Virus record (IMG/VR): IMGVR_UViG_3300020420_000009
Span: 32,001 to 96,000 of that record
Length of the DNA stretch: 64,000 bases
Strand: one strand, 5' to 3'
DNA from: a virus
Made by a program: the position numbers and the translations under genes
Part shown: piece after piece, positions 38,940 to 48,614 of the stretch
Numbering within the stretch: the first letter of the stretch is position 1
Layout of the letters: the number at the start of each line of letters is the position of its first letter
The notes under the pieces: generated by a model
The model's input: only the letters and a program-made list of their open reading frames with translations
The model's database searches: none
Told to the model about the DNA's origin: nothing

Positions 38940-39566
38940 ATGTATGATTTAGTAGAAGAAGCTTCGAAGGTTTTACGCAACCCTACAACAGAGTTCGACT
39001 TTGAAAACCCACCCGAAGACCCAAAAGAAATAGAAAAGAATCTTGGACAAGCCATGGAAAGATTTGGAGGTATAGGATTATCTGCAAATCAATTAGGTTT
39101 AGATTATAGAGTTTTTGTCATGGCAACAGCAGACAGTGGAATCAAAGCATTCTTCAATCCCGAGATAACTAAATTATCAAAAGAAACAGACTTATTGAAA
39201 GAAGGTTGTTTATCTTTTCCCGACATTTACCTAATGATTAAACGGTCAAAGGTAATAGAGTTTGATTACACAGACTCAGACGGAGAGAGAAGAACCTTAC
39301 AATTAGATGGAATAGGTGCAAGGTGTGTTCAACATGAACTAGACCACCTAAATGGTATCATATTCCTACAACGAGCTTCTCGTTTAAAAATAGAAAGAGC
39401 TTTACAAGCTCGACCAAAAGAGAGAAGAAAGAGAATAGATTATGAGCGCAGAATGGAAATTGCTAGACAACTCCAAAGTATACAATCACAAGCTGATTCC
39501 GATACTAACGAAGGAACAGTGCCAAGCGATGATACGGTGGCACCAATCTCACAAACATCTTCGTAG
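38940..39566 (+). CDS. def: Peptide deformylase
   Basis: GIGLSANQ, EGCLS and QHELDH motifs. Confidence 0.95.
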   Translation: MYDLVEEASKVLRNPTTEFDFENPPEDPKEIEKNLGQAMERFGGIGLSANQLGLDYRVFVMATADSGIKAFFNPEITKLSKETDLLKEGCLSFPDIYLMIKRSKVIEFDYTDSDGERRTLQLDGIGARCVQHELDHLNGIIFLQRASRLKIERALQARPKERRKRIDYERRMEIARQLQSIQSQADSDTNEGTVPSDDTVAPISQTSS

Positions 39567-40227
39567 AGTTGGTGACGGCTCCGATTATTGGGGTGTCCGA
39601 AAAATACATATACAGAATGAAGCAATTCGTAGGATTTTTCAGCAAGTAGAAAATCATTGTATATCCGAAATATATAAAGCAACAAATAAAGTATTTCATA
39701 CAGAAATGGCTACACTTACAGAGTGGCCAATAGGTGGTGTCCAAACACCTCACCTCGATACATATTCTAATCAAGAATATTCAATAGACCCTGAGTATGA
39801 TAAAAAGATAGAGAGAGGAGAACAAGGCCCTTCAAGAGAATGGACTTGTATTCTTTATCTTAATGACGACCACGGTGGTGGTGAAACTTATTTTCCACCT
39901 TCTGATTATTACCCTTTTGGTTGGCAGTCTGCAAACATGGGTGAAGACAGAAAAACTGGAGACGGTCTTTTATTTCAAGGAATTTATCATTCACACGGAG
40001 TTTTTCCAGTAAGAAGAAACTCAAGACATACCATGGCATTATGGTTCACAGAGGACATTGAAAAATGTGCAACTCAACAATATGTGGGTGACTTGGAACA
40101 TAATGAATCTTCAATCAAACAACACCTACAAACACAATTAGGTGATGTTTTATATACACAACAGACTGAAATGCACAGAGATAAAACTCTCTGGCATGAA
40201 TATCTAAATCACGCCAAAAAATTCTAA
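39442..40227 (+). CDS. 2OG-Fe(II) oxygenase (prolyl 4-hydroxylase-like)
   Basis: PHLD...ILYLNDDHGGGETYF...HSHGV.PV...RHTMALW. Confidence 0.85.
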   Translation: MSAEWKLLDNSKVYNHKLIPILTKEQCQAMIRWHQSHKHLRRVGDGSDYWGVRKIHIQNEAIRRIFQQVENHCISEIYKATNKVFHTEMATLTEWPIGGVQTPHLDTYSNQEYSIDPEYDKKIERGEQGPSREWTCILYLNDDHGGGETYFPPSDYYPFGWQSANMGEDRKTGDGLLFQGIYHSHGVFPVRRNSRHTMALWFTEDIEKCATQQYVGDLEHNESSIKQHLQTQLGDVLYTQQTEMHRDKTLWHEYLNHAKKF

Positions 40228-40235
40228 CTCAAGCC

Positions 40236-40265
40236 TTGACAATGACTATGCCTTTCTGTTAGCAT
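40236..40265 (+). promoter_or_regulatory. Early sigma70-type promoter, copy 1
   Basis: TTGACA-18-TAGCAT with extended -10 TG; near-identical to 40400 and 43286. Confidence 0.75.
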
Positions 40266-40271
40266 AGTAGT

Positions 40272-40391
40272 ATGAGTTGTGATTATACACAAATATTTTT
40301 AGAAAACATGTTCGAAGAGGGACTTGAACAAGGTCTAAATGAAGACCAAGCAGCTGCATATGCACTGGAAGCCCTTGAAAACATTGAGTAA
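40272..40391 (+). CDS. Small acidic peptide (39 aa)
   Basis: MSCDYTQIFLENMFEEGLEQGLNEDQAAAYALEALENIE read manually; ATG 6 nt after the -10 box. Confidence 0.6.
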   Translation: MSCDYTQIFLENMFEEGLEQGLNEDQAAAYALEALENIE

Positions 40392-40399
40392 ATCAGGCC

Positions 40400-40429
40400 T
40401 TGACTATGTGTCAGGCTTTATGTTAGCAT
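40400..40429 (+). promoter_or_regulatory. Early sigma70-type promoter, copy 2
   Basis: TTGACT-18-TAGCAT. Confidence 0.75.
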
Positions 40430-40435
40430 ATACAT

Positions 40436-42832
40436 ATGAATGAGAGATTAACAAACCAAAAAGACAACCTTGCAAAACTAATGGCAACAGAGAATCTTAC
40501 TGTTGTTCATAGGAAGGTTCCTACTGCATACTTTGATTTGAAGAATAGACTACTTTGTTGTCCTATTCTTAAAGAGGATATATCCTCTGAACTTTATGAC
40601 TTGTTTATGGGTCATGAAGTTTCTCATGCATTACATACACCATATGAAGGTGTTCATTCTGCTGTCACTAAGAACAAGACTCTTAAAGGATATCTCAATG
40701 TTGTTGAAGATGTAAGGATTGAGAGATTTATCAAAGACAAATATCCAGGCTTAAGAAAATCATTCTTCAAAGCATACAACGAACTTATGGAAATGGACTT
40801 CTTTGGAGTTCATGGAAGAGACCTAAACAAAGAAGCTTCATTGATTGACAAAATCAATTTGATTACTAAGTGTGGTTCTAGAGTAAATATCACTCTTAAT
40901 AAAGAAGAAAAGTTCTTCCTTGATTGGGCAATGAAATGTGATACATGGGAAGAGGTTGAAGAATGTGCAAATGCAATCTACAACTGGTCAAAAGAAAACG
41001 AAACAAGAACAGAAGTTGACGAGGACTTAGTTCCTCAAATGTTTGATGTTGGTGACGAAGACGAAGACGAAGATTACGAAGACGGAGAAGAAGAGAACGA
41101 AGGTGAGTCTTGGGAAGATTCATACGGTGACTCTGATGAAGAAGAGGAAGAAGATAATCTTCCCGAAGTAGAACAAGAATCCAGTGGAAGTGGTGACCAA
41201 GAATCAGAAGAAGGTGACGAAGAAACAGAAGAAGAAAACAAAACTACAGGAACTATTGCTGGTAAAGGAGCTCCTTCAACAGCAGAAGACTATGACGATG
41301 AAGACGGTGCAAGGGAATCAATCACTGAACACAATGCACACAACAATGAAGAGATGTTTATTTCAGAAGACAACTCAACAAGATATCAAATCAAACTAGA
41401 TGATGAGTTCAAGAAAAAGAATTTCTTCAAAGACTATGTGACTTCATACAAAGAAGTTGACAAGGTCTTTACAGATTACCACAATAATCAAGAAGACAAG
41501 TATTACTCAGAAAAAATGGAAGAGTCACTTAGAAGAGCAAAACATTCTGCAAAAAAACTAGAATCAAAAAACAAATCAATTGTCATGCACATGGCAAAAG
41601 AATTTGAAATGAGACAAACTGCACAAAGAGCTGTTCATGCATTCAGTGGTAAAACTGGAAAACTAGACATGAACAGACTTGCAAAATATCAGATTGTTGA
41701 TGATGTTTTCAAAAGAGTGACTTACATGCCTGACGGTAAAAACCATGGTGTCAATATTCTAGTTGACTGGAGTGGTTCTATCCACAATGAAGTTATGGAT
41801 ATTCTAGAACAAACATTTATTCTTACAATGTTCTGTAGAAAAGTTGATATCCCTCACAGAGTTTACTTATTCAGTGACGCTTATCACTGTGGTGAAGATG
41901 ACTGGAGAGGTGACAGGTCTACATTGATTGAATTATTCTCAAATGAAATGAATGGAAGAGAATTCAAAAAAGGTTTGATATGGGCTGCTTCACTTTACAA
42001 CGAATACCTTCAAGAGAAGTTTGGTTATAGTTGGGGAAGAGGTTGGGAAAAGAAAGTTCAAAAGTATGACGAGTGGTATAAAGAGATTCAAGACCCACTA
42101 GGTAAATTTGACAGTGAAGGTAATCATATTGGTGGATACATTGACTTCCCTAGAGAATGGATTCCTCACCAGTTCAGACTAGGTGGAACACCTCTTGACC
42201 AAGCACTTGTTGCCACAAGAACACTTCTAAAAGATTTTATCAGAAACTACAATGTTGAGAAATCAATATTGACAGTTATCACAGACGGATATTCACACAC
42301 AGCTGATTCATTGAAAAAATCAGATGACGAGTATGCAAGTGAGAGAGAACAAAGAGGTAATGGAGATAGTTGGAATACTAAACATATCAGAGAAATTATT
42401 GACCCTTATTCAAAAAGAGTTTATCCTTTATCATCAGATGGAAGATACTACAGTTCAACTTTCAAAACTACTCAAAACCTACTAGACTGGTTGAGTAAAG
42501 AAACAGGAACTACGGTCACTGGATACTTTGTTTGTTCTAAGAAACAAGAAGCAACTAATGTTATCAGAGAGGCAGAAAAAGTTTCTTACGAAACAGATAT
42601 TGACGATGCTTGGAGACAAGCAAGAAAAGGTGGGTTCATATTAGAAGCTCACGGATACAACAAATTATTCATAACCGCTGCTTCAAATCTTGGAGTGGAA
42701 GGTTCAGACGAACTAGATGACGAGTTAGTCGACGCTAAAAAAACTAGAGTGTTGGCTGCTTTTAAGAGAAACCAAAAGTCAAAGACAACATCTAGGTTTT
42801 TGACTAACGAATTTATCAAGGAGATAGCATAA
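40436..42832 (+). CDS. CobT-like protein (HExxH metallopeptidase + acidic linker + VWA/MIDAS)
   Basis: GHEVSHALHT...NVVEDVRIE; acidic stretch; LVDWSGS, GGTPL, VITDG; near a CobS-like ATPase. Confidence 0.85.
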   Translation: MNERLTNQKDNLAKLMATENLTVVHRKVPTAYFDLKNRLLCCPILKEDISSELYDLFMGHEVSHALHTPYEGVHSAVTKNKTLKGYLNVVEDVRIERFIKDKYPGLRKSFFKAYNELMEMDFFGVHGRDLNKEASLIDKINLITKCGSRVNITLNKEEKFFLDWAMKCDTWEEVEECANAIYNWSKENETRTEVDEDLVPQMFDVGDEDEDEDYEDGEEENEGESWEDSYGDSDEEEEEDNLPEVEQESSGSGDQESEEGDEETEEENKTTGTIAGKGAPSTAEDYDDEDGARESITEHNAHNNEEMFISEDNSTRYQIKLDDEFKKKNFFKDYVTSYKEVDKVFTDYHNNQEDKYYSEKMEESLRRAKHSAKKLESKNKSIVMHMAKEFEMRQTAQRAVHAFSGKTGKLDMNRLAKYQIVDDVFKRVTYMPDGKNHGVNILVDWSGSIHNEVMDILEQTFILTMFCRKVDIPHRVYLFSDAYHCGEDDWRGDRSTLIELFSNEMNGREFKKGLIWAASLYNEYLQEKFGYSWGRGWEKKVQKYDEWYKEIQDPLGKFDSEGNHIGGYIDFPREWIPHQFRLGGTPLDQALVATRTLLKDFIRNYNVEKSILTVITDGYSHTADSLKKSDDEYASEREQRGNGDSWNTKHIREIIDPYSKRVYPLSSDGRYYSSTFKTTQNLLDWLSKETGTTVTGYFVCSKKQEATNVIREAEKVSYETDIDDAWRQARKGGFILEAHGYNKLFITAASNLGVEGSDELDDELVDAKKTRVLAAFKRNQKSKTTSRFLTNEFIKEIA

Positions 42833-43008
42833 TGGAAGCAATTCTGAATAAAGACGACTACAGGGAATTCACTCAAAGAGTGGACATTGCAAGTTCGAAG
42901 GGAGTAGAAGTTCCTCACCTAGTCGAAACTATAGGTGACAAATACAAGATTACTTTGTTAGAAAAAGTAGACTTAGAATTATTAGATGATATAACGGAGA
43001 CAAAATAA
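42832..43008 (+). CDS. Hypothetical protein (58 aa)
   Basis: MEAILNKDDYREFTQRVD... read manually; AGGAG SD, TAATG overlaps at both ends. Confidence 0.65.
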   Translation: MEAILNKDDYREFTQRVDIASSKGVEVPHLVETIGDKYKITLLEKVDLELLDDITETK

Positions 43009-43280
43009 TGAGAGACCCTTTAAGAGTTGACCCGTCTTACTATTCACCAGTGGTGAATGAAGTGTCAAAGTTCGCTGACGCTGTAATGGAAGTTGGGCCA
43101 AGTCCCTGTGTTTTTCACAAATGTGATAGATATGAAGCTTGTAAAAATGAGAGAGTGGAATGTTTTGCATTTAGGACTTGGGTGAATAACGGTGAACCTT
43201 ATCTTACTGAAAAGAATAAGAAGGGTGATAAGATTAAATGTGTTGAGAAAATTGGAAGGAACCTTGAACCTATCAAGTAA
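43008..43280 (+). CDS. Hypothetical Cys-cluster protein
   Basis: PC-x4-C-x5-C-x6-C-x2-F; GGAG SD. Confidence 0.65.
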   Translation: MRDPLRVDPSYYSPVVNEVSKFADAVMEVGPSPCVFHKCDRYEACKNERVECFAFRTWVNNGEPYLTEKNKKGDKIKCVEKIGRNLEPIK

Positions 43281-43285
43281 TGGCC

Positions 43286-43315
43286 TTGACAATGCCACCA
43301 GCTTTCTGTTAGCAT
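43286..43315 (+). promoter_or_regulatory. Early sigma70-type promoter, copy 3
   Basis: TTGACA-18-TAGCAT. Confidence 0.75.
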
Positions 43316-43343
43316 ATATGTATTGATGAGAAAAGGAGACTAT

Positions 43344-44600
43344 ATGAAGAAATCAATAAAAGTGAATGGTAAGGATTTTCCCCTTACCCCCGATAAGACA
43401 GAGGTTCTAGATACTCTATCTTCTGCTTATCCTAATCAGACCTCGTTCTCGAGGGCTGAAATCAAAGAGGCAACCGATGGTTATCTCCCATACTGGGTGA
43501 AGTCGTCTAGGTTCCCTTTCAAAGAGAAACAACCTGATGGTTCAGTTCTCTTTAATCTTGAAGCTGTAATCAGTGGATACAACGGTGGATATTCTCACGG
43601 TGGTGAGACTCCAGTTGCACCACAACCAGTGGCAGTTCCTTCGAAGGCAGTCCCTTCAAACATGCCAGTTGCAGCTGCAACGGAGTCTGTGAACATTCTT
43701 GATGACAATATCAAAATTGTTCCCGAGAAAATGTCAAACTATGTTCCGTTTGGTCATTTCAAAGATGTCAAAAACATTATCAAGTCTAAAATTTTCTTTC
43801 CAGTTTTTGTGACTGGTTTGAGTGGTAATGGTAAAACTCTTATGATTGAACAAACATGTGCTCAATTGAAGAGAGAACTTTACAGAGTCAATATCACTAT
43901 TGAGACTGATGAAGATGACTTAATGGGTGGTCACACTCTAGTAAATGGAAACATTGTTTTCAGAGAAGGCCCAGTGGTCAAAGCAATGAGAAAAGGTGCA
44001 GTCCTTCTTCTTGACGAAGTTGACTTGGGTTCTAACAAACTAATGTGTTTACAATCAGTTCTTGAAGGTAAAGGATACCTAATCAAGAAAACTGGTGAGT
44101 GGGTGACACCTAAACAAGGTTTTACAGTTCTTGCAACTGCAAACACTAAAGGACAAGGTTCCGAAGATGGAAAGTTCATTGGAACTCAAATCATGAACGA
44201 AGCTATGTTGGAAAGGTTTGCAATCACAATGCAACAAGAATATCCTCCAGTGAAAACTGAGTTGAAGATTCTTGAAAAAGAAATGGCTTTGACTGGTGAA
44301 GTTGATTCAGAGTTCACTAAGAAATTAGTTGACTGGGCTGACATAATCAGAAAAACTTATTATGAAGGTGGTATTGAAGATGTGATAACAACAAGAAGAC
44401 TTGTTCACATTGTTAATGCTTTCAGAATGTTCAAAGATAGACTCAAGTCAATTGAGATGTGTATTTCTAGGTTCGATATTGAGACTAGAAACTCTATCCT
44501 TGACCTTTATTCCAAGATTGACGCTGGGGTTAATCTGAACGAAGAAGCGGAAGTTTCAGATTCAGAAGAAAACCCAGTTGACGAATCAGACTACGAGTAG
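43344..44600 (+). CDS. cobS: CobS/MoxR-type AAA+ ATPase
   Basis: GLSGNGKT, RVNITIETDEDDL.GG, LLLDEVD, TANTKGQG, NEAMLERF. Confidence 0.9.
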   Translation: MKKSIKVNGKDFPLTPDKTEVLDTLSSAYPNQTSFSRAEIKEATDGYLPYWVKSSRFPFKEKQPDGSVLFNLEAVISGYNGGYSHGGETPVAPQPVAVPSKAVPSNMPVAAATESVNILDDNIKIVPEKMSNYVPFGHFKDVKNIIKSKIFFPVFVTGLSGNGKTLMIEQTCAQLKRELYRVNITIETDEDDLMGGHTLVNGNIVFREGPVVKAMRKGAVLLLDEVDLGSNKLMCLQSVLEGKGYLIKKTGEWVTPKQGFTVLATANTKGQGSEDGKFIGTQIMNEAMLERFAITMQQEYPPVKTELKILEKEMALTGEVDSEFTKKLVDWADIIRKTYYEGGIEDVITTRRLVHIVNAFRMFKDRLKSIEMCISRFDIETRNSILDLYSKIDAGVNLNEEAEVSDSEENPVDESDYE

Positions 44601-44613
44601 TATAATGGTTTCA

Positions 44614-44910
44614 ATGTTTGGAAAAAACAAAGTTGACTACAAATACAACGAGAAGGAACTCCTCAAGGAGTTCTCTTCTTATGTAGAGAAAACTTATGAC
44701 CAACACTATTCCAAAGATAAGTTTCAGGCAACTGAATTTATTATGGACGGTGGTCACGGAGAGGGATTCTGTATTGGTAATATCTTAAAGTATGCACAAA
44801 GATACGGTAAGAAGGACGGATACAATCGTGCTGACTTGTTGAAAGTCATACATTATGGGTTCCTTGCTTTATATAATCACGATACGCATATAAAGGAGGC
44901 TAACAAGTGA
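44614..44910 (+). CDS. DUF3310-like protein (putative nucleotide kinase)
   Basis: HY...EFI...GEGFCIGNILKYAQRYGKK...DLLKVIHY; TTGACG-17-TATAAT upstream. Confidence 0.75.
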   Translation: MFGKNKVDYKYNEKELLKEFSSYVEKTYDQHYSKDKFQATEFIMDGGHGEGFCIGNILKYAQRYGKKDGYNRADLLKVIHYGFLALYNHDTHIKEANK

Positions 44911-45575
44911 TGAAAATTAGTAATGATACGAGGAGTGTTCTTAAGAACTTTTCTACTATTAACTCGGGTATAAGAGTTAAGACTGGAAATAAACTTGAGA
45001 CCATATCCAATATGAAAAATATTCTTGCAGTGGCAACGGTAGATGAATCGTTCCCTCAAGATTTTAGTATATATAACTTGCCTGAGTTCTTGGGTGCAAC
45101 TTCATTGTTGTCAGACCCCGAGTTTGAATTCGGAGATACAAGTTTGACGGTTGCAGACGATAACTCAAGTCTTGCATATTTTTATGCAAGTGAAGGAATG
45201 GTCACTGCACCCGATAAAATGATAACCATGCCTGACGCAGAGATTGTAATTAATCTTTCTTCTACACTCTTAAGTGAGCTACAGAAAGCTGCAAGTGTAT
45301 TAGGAGTTAATGACATGGTGTTATCCAGTGACGGAACAGTTATCAGACTGGAAGTGACTGATAAAAAGAATCCAACTTCAAATACATTCTCAAGAATAGT
45401 AGGTGAAGGAAACGGAGTATCTTATACAATGAATTTCAAGATTGAAAACTTGAAAGTTCTTGACGGAAATTATGAGGTTTCTGTATCAAGTAAAGGTATT
45501 TCACACTTCAACAATACAGATATTGATTTGGAGTATTTTATTGCATTAGAGCCAGATTCAAAATACAATGCCTAA
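44907..45575 (+). CDS. gp45: Sliding clamp gp45
   Basis: LKNFSTINSGI...FSIYNLPEFL...FKIENLK...Y.V...LEYFIALE. Confidence 0.95.
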   Translation: MMKISNDTRSVLKNFSTINSGIRVKTGNKLETISNMKNILAVATVDESFPQDFSIYNLPEFLGATSLLSDPEFEFGDTSLTVADDNSSLAYFYASEGMVTAPDKMITMPDAEIVINLSSTLLSELQKAASVLGVNDMVLSSDGTVIRLEVTDKKNPTSNTFSRIVGEGNGVSYTMNFKIENLKVLDGNYEVSVSSKGISHFNNTDIDLEYFIALEPDSKYNA

Positions 45576-45689
45576 CCTATATATTAGTGTAAGTATTGTG
45601 CCAGTCTCTGCAATGCATACGGGAGTTATTCAATCTCATCAATCTTCAAGGGTGAATAACACTGTAAACTCGGAGGGGAGTTTACTTCT

Positions 45690-46637
45690 ATGAATCAAGA
45701 ATTTCTATTTGTAGAAAAGTATCGTCCTCAAACAATTGAGGACACAATACTTCCTGCTGGAATCAAATCCACATTTCAAGAATTTGTAAAACAAGGTGAG
45801 ATACCTAATCTCATGTTGTGTGGTTCTGCTGGTGTGGGTAAAACTACGATTGCAAAAGCACTCTGTAATGAACTGGGTGCAGACTTTATTGTAATCAATG
45901 GTTCAGACGAAGGAAGATTGATTGATACTTTACGAACTAAAATCAAAAACTTTGCGTCTACAGTTTCATTGTCAAGCGCACCAAAGGTTGTAATACTGGA
46001 CGAGGCAGATTATATTTCAGCTGATTCAGTTCAACCAGCTTTGAGAAACTTTATCGAAGAGTTCTCTTCAAACTGTAGATTCATATTTACTTGTAATTAC
46101 AAAAACAGAATCATACCACCTCTTCATTCTAGAACAACGGTGATTGATTTTACCATGACACCCGATGAGAAACAAAGACTTGCGTCAGTGTTTCTTGCAA
46201 GACTCATGGAGATATGCACAAATGAAAGTATTGAGTTCGACCAAAAGGTTCTAGTTGAACTTGTAATCAAATTCTTTCCCGACTTTAGAAGGTGTATCAA
46301 TGAGGTTCAAAGATATGGTGCAAGTGGTGTAATCGATAGTGGGTTATTATCTACATTATCAGAAGAGAAACTTACACCCTTGATTGATATGTTGCAAGAC
46401 AAAAACTGGAGTGGAATGAGAAAATGGGTCGGTCAGAATAGTGATAACGACTTCAATGCTCTATATAGAAAAGTATTTAATTCACTTGAGAAAAGATTAG
46501 AACCTTCTAGTATTCCAGCTGCAGTTCTGTTTATTGCAGACTATCAATACAAAGCTGCATTTGCAATGGATTCGGAGATTAATTTTACTGCATGTATGAC
46601 AGAGATTATGTCAGAGTGTAAATTCAAGGAGAAGTAA
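45690..46637 (+). CDS. gp44: Clamp loader large subunit gp44
   Basis: VEKYRP, GSAGVGKTT, ILDEAD, PLHSR, FPDFRR. Confidence 0.96.
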   Translation: MNQEFLFVEKYRPQTIEDTILPAGIKSTFQEFVKQGEIPNLMLCGSAGVGKTTIAKALCNELGADFIVINGSDEGRLIDTLRTKIKNFASTVSLSSAPKVVILDEADYISADSVQPALRNFIEEFSSNCRFIFTCNYKNRIIPPLHSRTTVIDFTMTPDEKQRLASVFLARLMEICTNESIEFDQKVLVELVIKFFPDFRRCINEVQRYGASGVIDSGLLSTLSEEKLTPLIDMLQDKNWSGMRKWVGQNSDNDFNALYRKVFNSLEKRLEPSSIPAAVLFIADYQYKAAFAMDSEINFTACMTEIMSECKFKEK

Positions 46638-46930
46638 TGGGACAATATGACGACAAAGTAGAACTACAAAGACAAATACTAAAGGCAGAAGAGTATATAA
46701 ATTCACCATTGAGTTTACATGCACACAGTCTAACTTCTATGTGGTATGATAATGACCAAACTGTAAAAGATGTCAAAGACGGAGTTATGGATATTTCATA
46801 CATGGACGGAAGGATTGAGAGAACTCTCAAGAATGGTAAAACATATATCCTTGTAGAAGGTAAAAAAGGTGCAGCTCTTGTCCAAGAAATTTCTAGAAAT
46901 CTAATGGACTCGGGTAAAGAACTTGCCTAA
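46637..46930 (+). CDS. Hypothetical protein
   Basis: ORF with AGGAG SD inserted between gp44 and gp62. Confidence 0.7.
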   Translation: MGQYDDKVELQRQILKAEEYINSPLSLHAHSLTSMWYDNDQTVKDVKDGVMDISYMDGRIERTLKNGKTYILVEGKKGAALVQEISRNLMDSGKELA

Positions 46931-47315
46931 AAGAAATCCATTTGATTTTGTAAAGTCTGTATCATATCAGAAGAATGACCTTATGGTTGATGAGGTCGAA
47001 GAAAAAGCATATCAACCATTCCTAATAAACAAAGCATTATCTTATCACCAAGATTCTGTTTTTCTTACTAACGAAATGAATGTCAGACATGGAGTAGACA
47101 ACCGTCTTCAATACATGTTTTTCCTAAATACCTTAAGGAAAAGACAAAGATTTTCCAAATGGCAAAAGCCATATGTTAGTAAAAAACTCGATACTGTAAA
47201 GGAATACTATCAGATATCAACTAGAGAGGCCAAAGATTATGTTGAAATCTTATCTGATAAACAGATTCGAGAATTGAAAAACAGTATGAAAACTGGTGGT
47301 AAGGATAATGGATAA
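46923..47315 (+). CDS. gp62: Clamp loader small subunit gp62
   Basis: YQPFLINKALSY..DSV...NEMN...LQY.F.LN..RKRQRFSKW. Confidence 0.92.
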   Translation: MPKRNPFDFVKSVSYQKNDLMVDEVEEKAYQPFLINKALSYHQDSVFLTNEMNVRHGVDNRLQYMFFLNTLRKRQRFSKWQKPYVSKKLDTVKEYYQISTREAKDYVEILSDKQIRELKNSMKTGGKDNG

Positions 47316-47712
47316 CCAAGAAGAGATAATAAAAGACCTTGTCGAGGTCACATTTCCCGAGAGAGACGACTTTTTAAAGATAAGAGAGACCTTATCACGC
47401 ATAGGAGTGGCCTCTAGAAGGGAACAAGAACTCTTCCAATCATGTCATATACTACACAAAAGGGGTAAGTATTACATTACCCATTTCAAAGAACTATTCA
47501 AATTAGACGGTAAACCCTCAAATATTGACGAGTCAGATATAGGTAGAAGGAACACAATTGTGGGTCTTTTAGAACAATGGAACCTAGTATCTGTGGTTAA
47601 TAAGACACAAATCGAGGAACCTAAAGCACCGTTATCACAAATTAAAATCATACCTTTTAAAGAAAAAGGTGACTGGAAATTGACGACTAAATACTCTATA
47701 GGTGGTAATTAG
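47308..47712 (+). CDS. regA: Translational repressor RegA
   Basis: DDFLKIRETLSRIGVAS...LFQSCHILHKRGKYYITHFKELF.LDG. Confidence 0.96.
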   Translation: MDNQEEIIKDLVEVTFPERDDFLKIRETLSRIGVASRREQELFQSCHILHKRGKYYITHFKELFKLDGKPSNIDESDIGRRNTIVGLLEQWNLVSVVNKTQIEEPKAPLSQIKIIPFKEKGDWKLTTKYSIGGN

Positions 47713-47759
47713 TCCTAAATAACCTTACGGAATCATAAATGGTTTCGGGAGGAGATACA

Positions 47760-47936
47760 ATGTTAGAATTCATACAATGGATTATAGTATTGATTAAAAT
47801 TGTCCCTTGGTTAGTTATGGGTGCATCTTTTGTTGCAGCCTTAACACCTACACCAAAAGATGATGAGTGGATAGCAAAATATTATAAAGTAATTGATTGG
47901 TTTGCGCTCAATATCGGAAAGGCAAAGGACAAATAA
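47760..47936 (+). CDS. Small membrane protein, possibly holin-like
   Basis: Hydrophobic; AALTPTPKDD...ALNIGKAK; GGAGGAG SD. Confidence 0.6.
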   Translation: MLEFIQWIIVLIKIVPWLVMGASFVAALTPTPKDDEWIAKYYKVIDWFALNIGKAKDK

Positions 47937-47973
47937 ATACCTATAATTATTAATAATTAATGAGGAATATATC

Positions 47974-48246
47974 ATGGAAATTATAGCGATAGTAGCATTT
48001 ATAGTTGTTGCAGTTGGTGTATATCTTTGGAGAGATACTTCTAGTGAACCTGTAGTTGAAACAGTAGTTGATACTGCAAGTGAAGTCGTTGCAGATGCAA
48101 ACGATAATGGAATTACTTCAAAGGCAGAGTTAAGTAAATTAACTAAAGCCCAACTAATTCAATTTGCAGATAATAAAAACCTTTCAATCAAAAGGTCTGC
48201 AAAGAAAGCTTCAGTTATCAATGAGATACACACTCAATTGAAGTAA
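47974..48246 (+). CDS. Membrane-anchored protein with C-terminal HeH/Rho-N-like domain
   Basis: N-terminal TM helix; LSKLTKAQLIQFA...KKASVI. Confidence 0.65.
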   Translation: MEIIAIVAFIVVAVGVYLWRDTSSEPVVETVVDTASEVVADANDNGITSKAELSKLTKAQLIQFADNKNLSIKRSAKKASVINEIHTQLK

Positions 48247-48254
48247 ATTAGAGT

Positions 48255-48283
48255 AAAACACGACCTTCGGGTCGTGTTTTTTT
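48255..48283 (+). terminator. Rho-independent terminator with cUUCGg tetraloop
   Basis: AAAACACGACC-TTCG-GGTCGTGTTTTTTT. Confidence 0.9.
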
Positions 48284-48317
48284 ACGCCTAGAGTATTTTA
48301 AAAGGATAAATAACTGT

Positions 48318-48614
48318 ATGGAAGATTTGTTTATTTTGATAGGTGAAGTGGGAGCTCCGATTGCTGGTGCAATCGTAATGGGCTTTTTCATATTCATAGT
48401 CATAAAACAAATCTTAGAAAATGTTGTAGATGATATCAAAACACTAACAATGTTCTGTAAATCACTAGAAAATCGTGCAAGGACTATGTCCAACGAAATG
48501 GTGAAGATAGATATGTTAGTTTCAAGTGCGTTAGAATTAAGACCCGATATAGAGAGAATTGCAAGAGCTGAAAACTTTATAGAAGATGAGAGAATTGACG
48601 CTAGGAGAGATTAG
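48318..48614 (+). CDS. Membrane protein (single TM + coiled coil)
   Basis: EVGAPIAGAIVMGFFIF; similar to the next ORF. Confidence 0.75.
   Translation: MEDLFILIGEVGAPIAGAIVMGFFIFIVIKQILENVVDDIKTLTMFCKSLENRARTMSNEMVKIDMLVSSALELRPDIERIARAENFIEDERIDARRD

Noticed and set aside
40436-44600. Cobalamin biosynthesis auxiliary genes
   Set aside because: No cobN or other cob genes; the AAA+/VWA pair is a general T4-like chaperone-type module.
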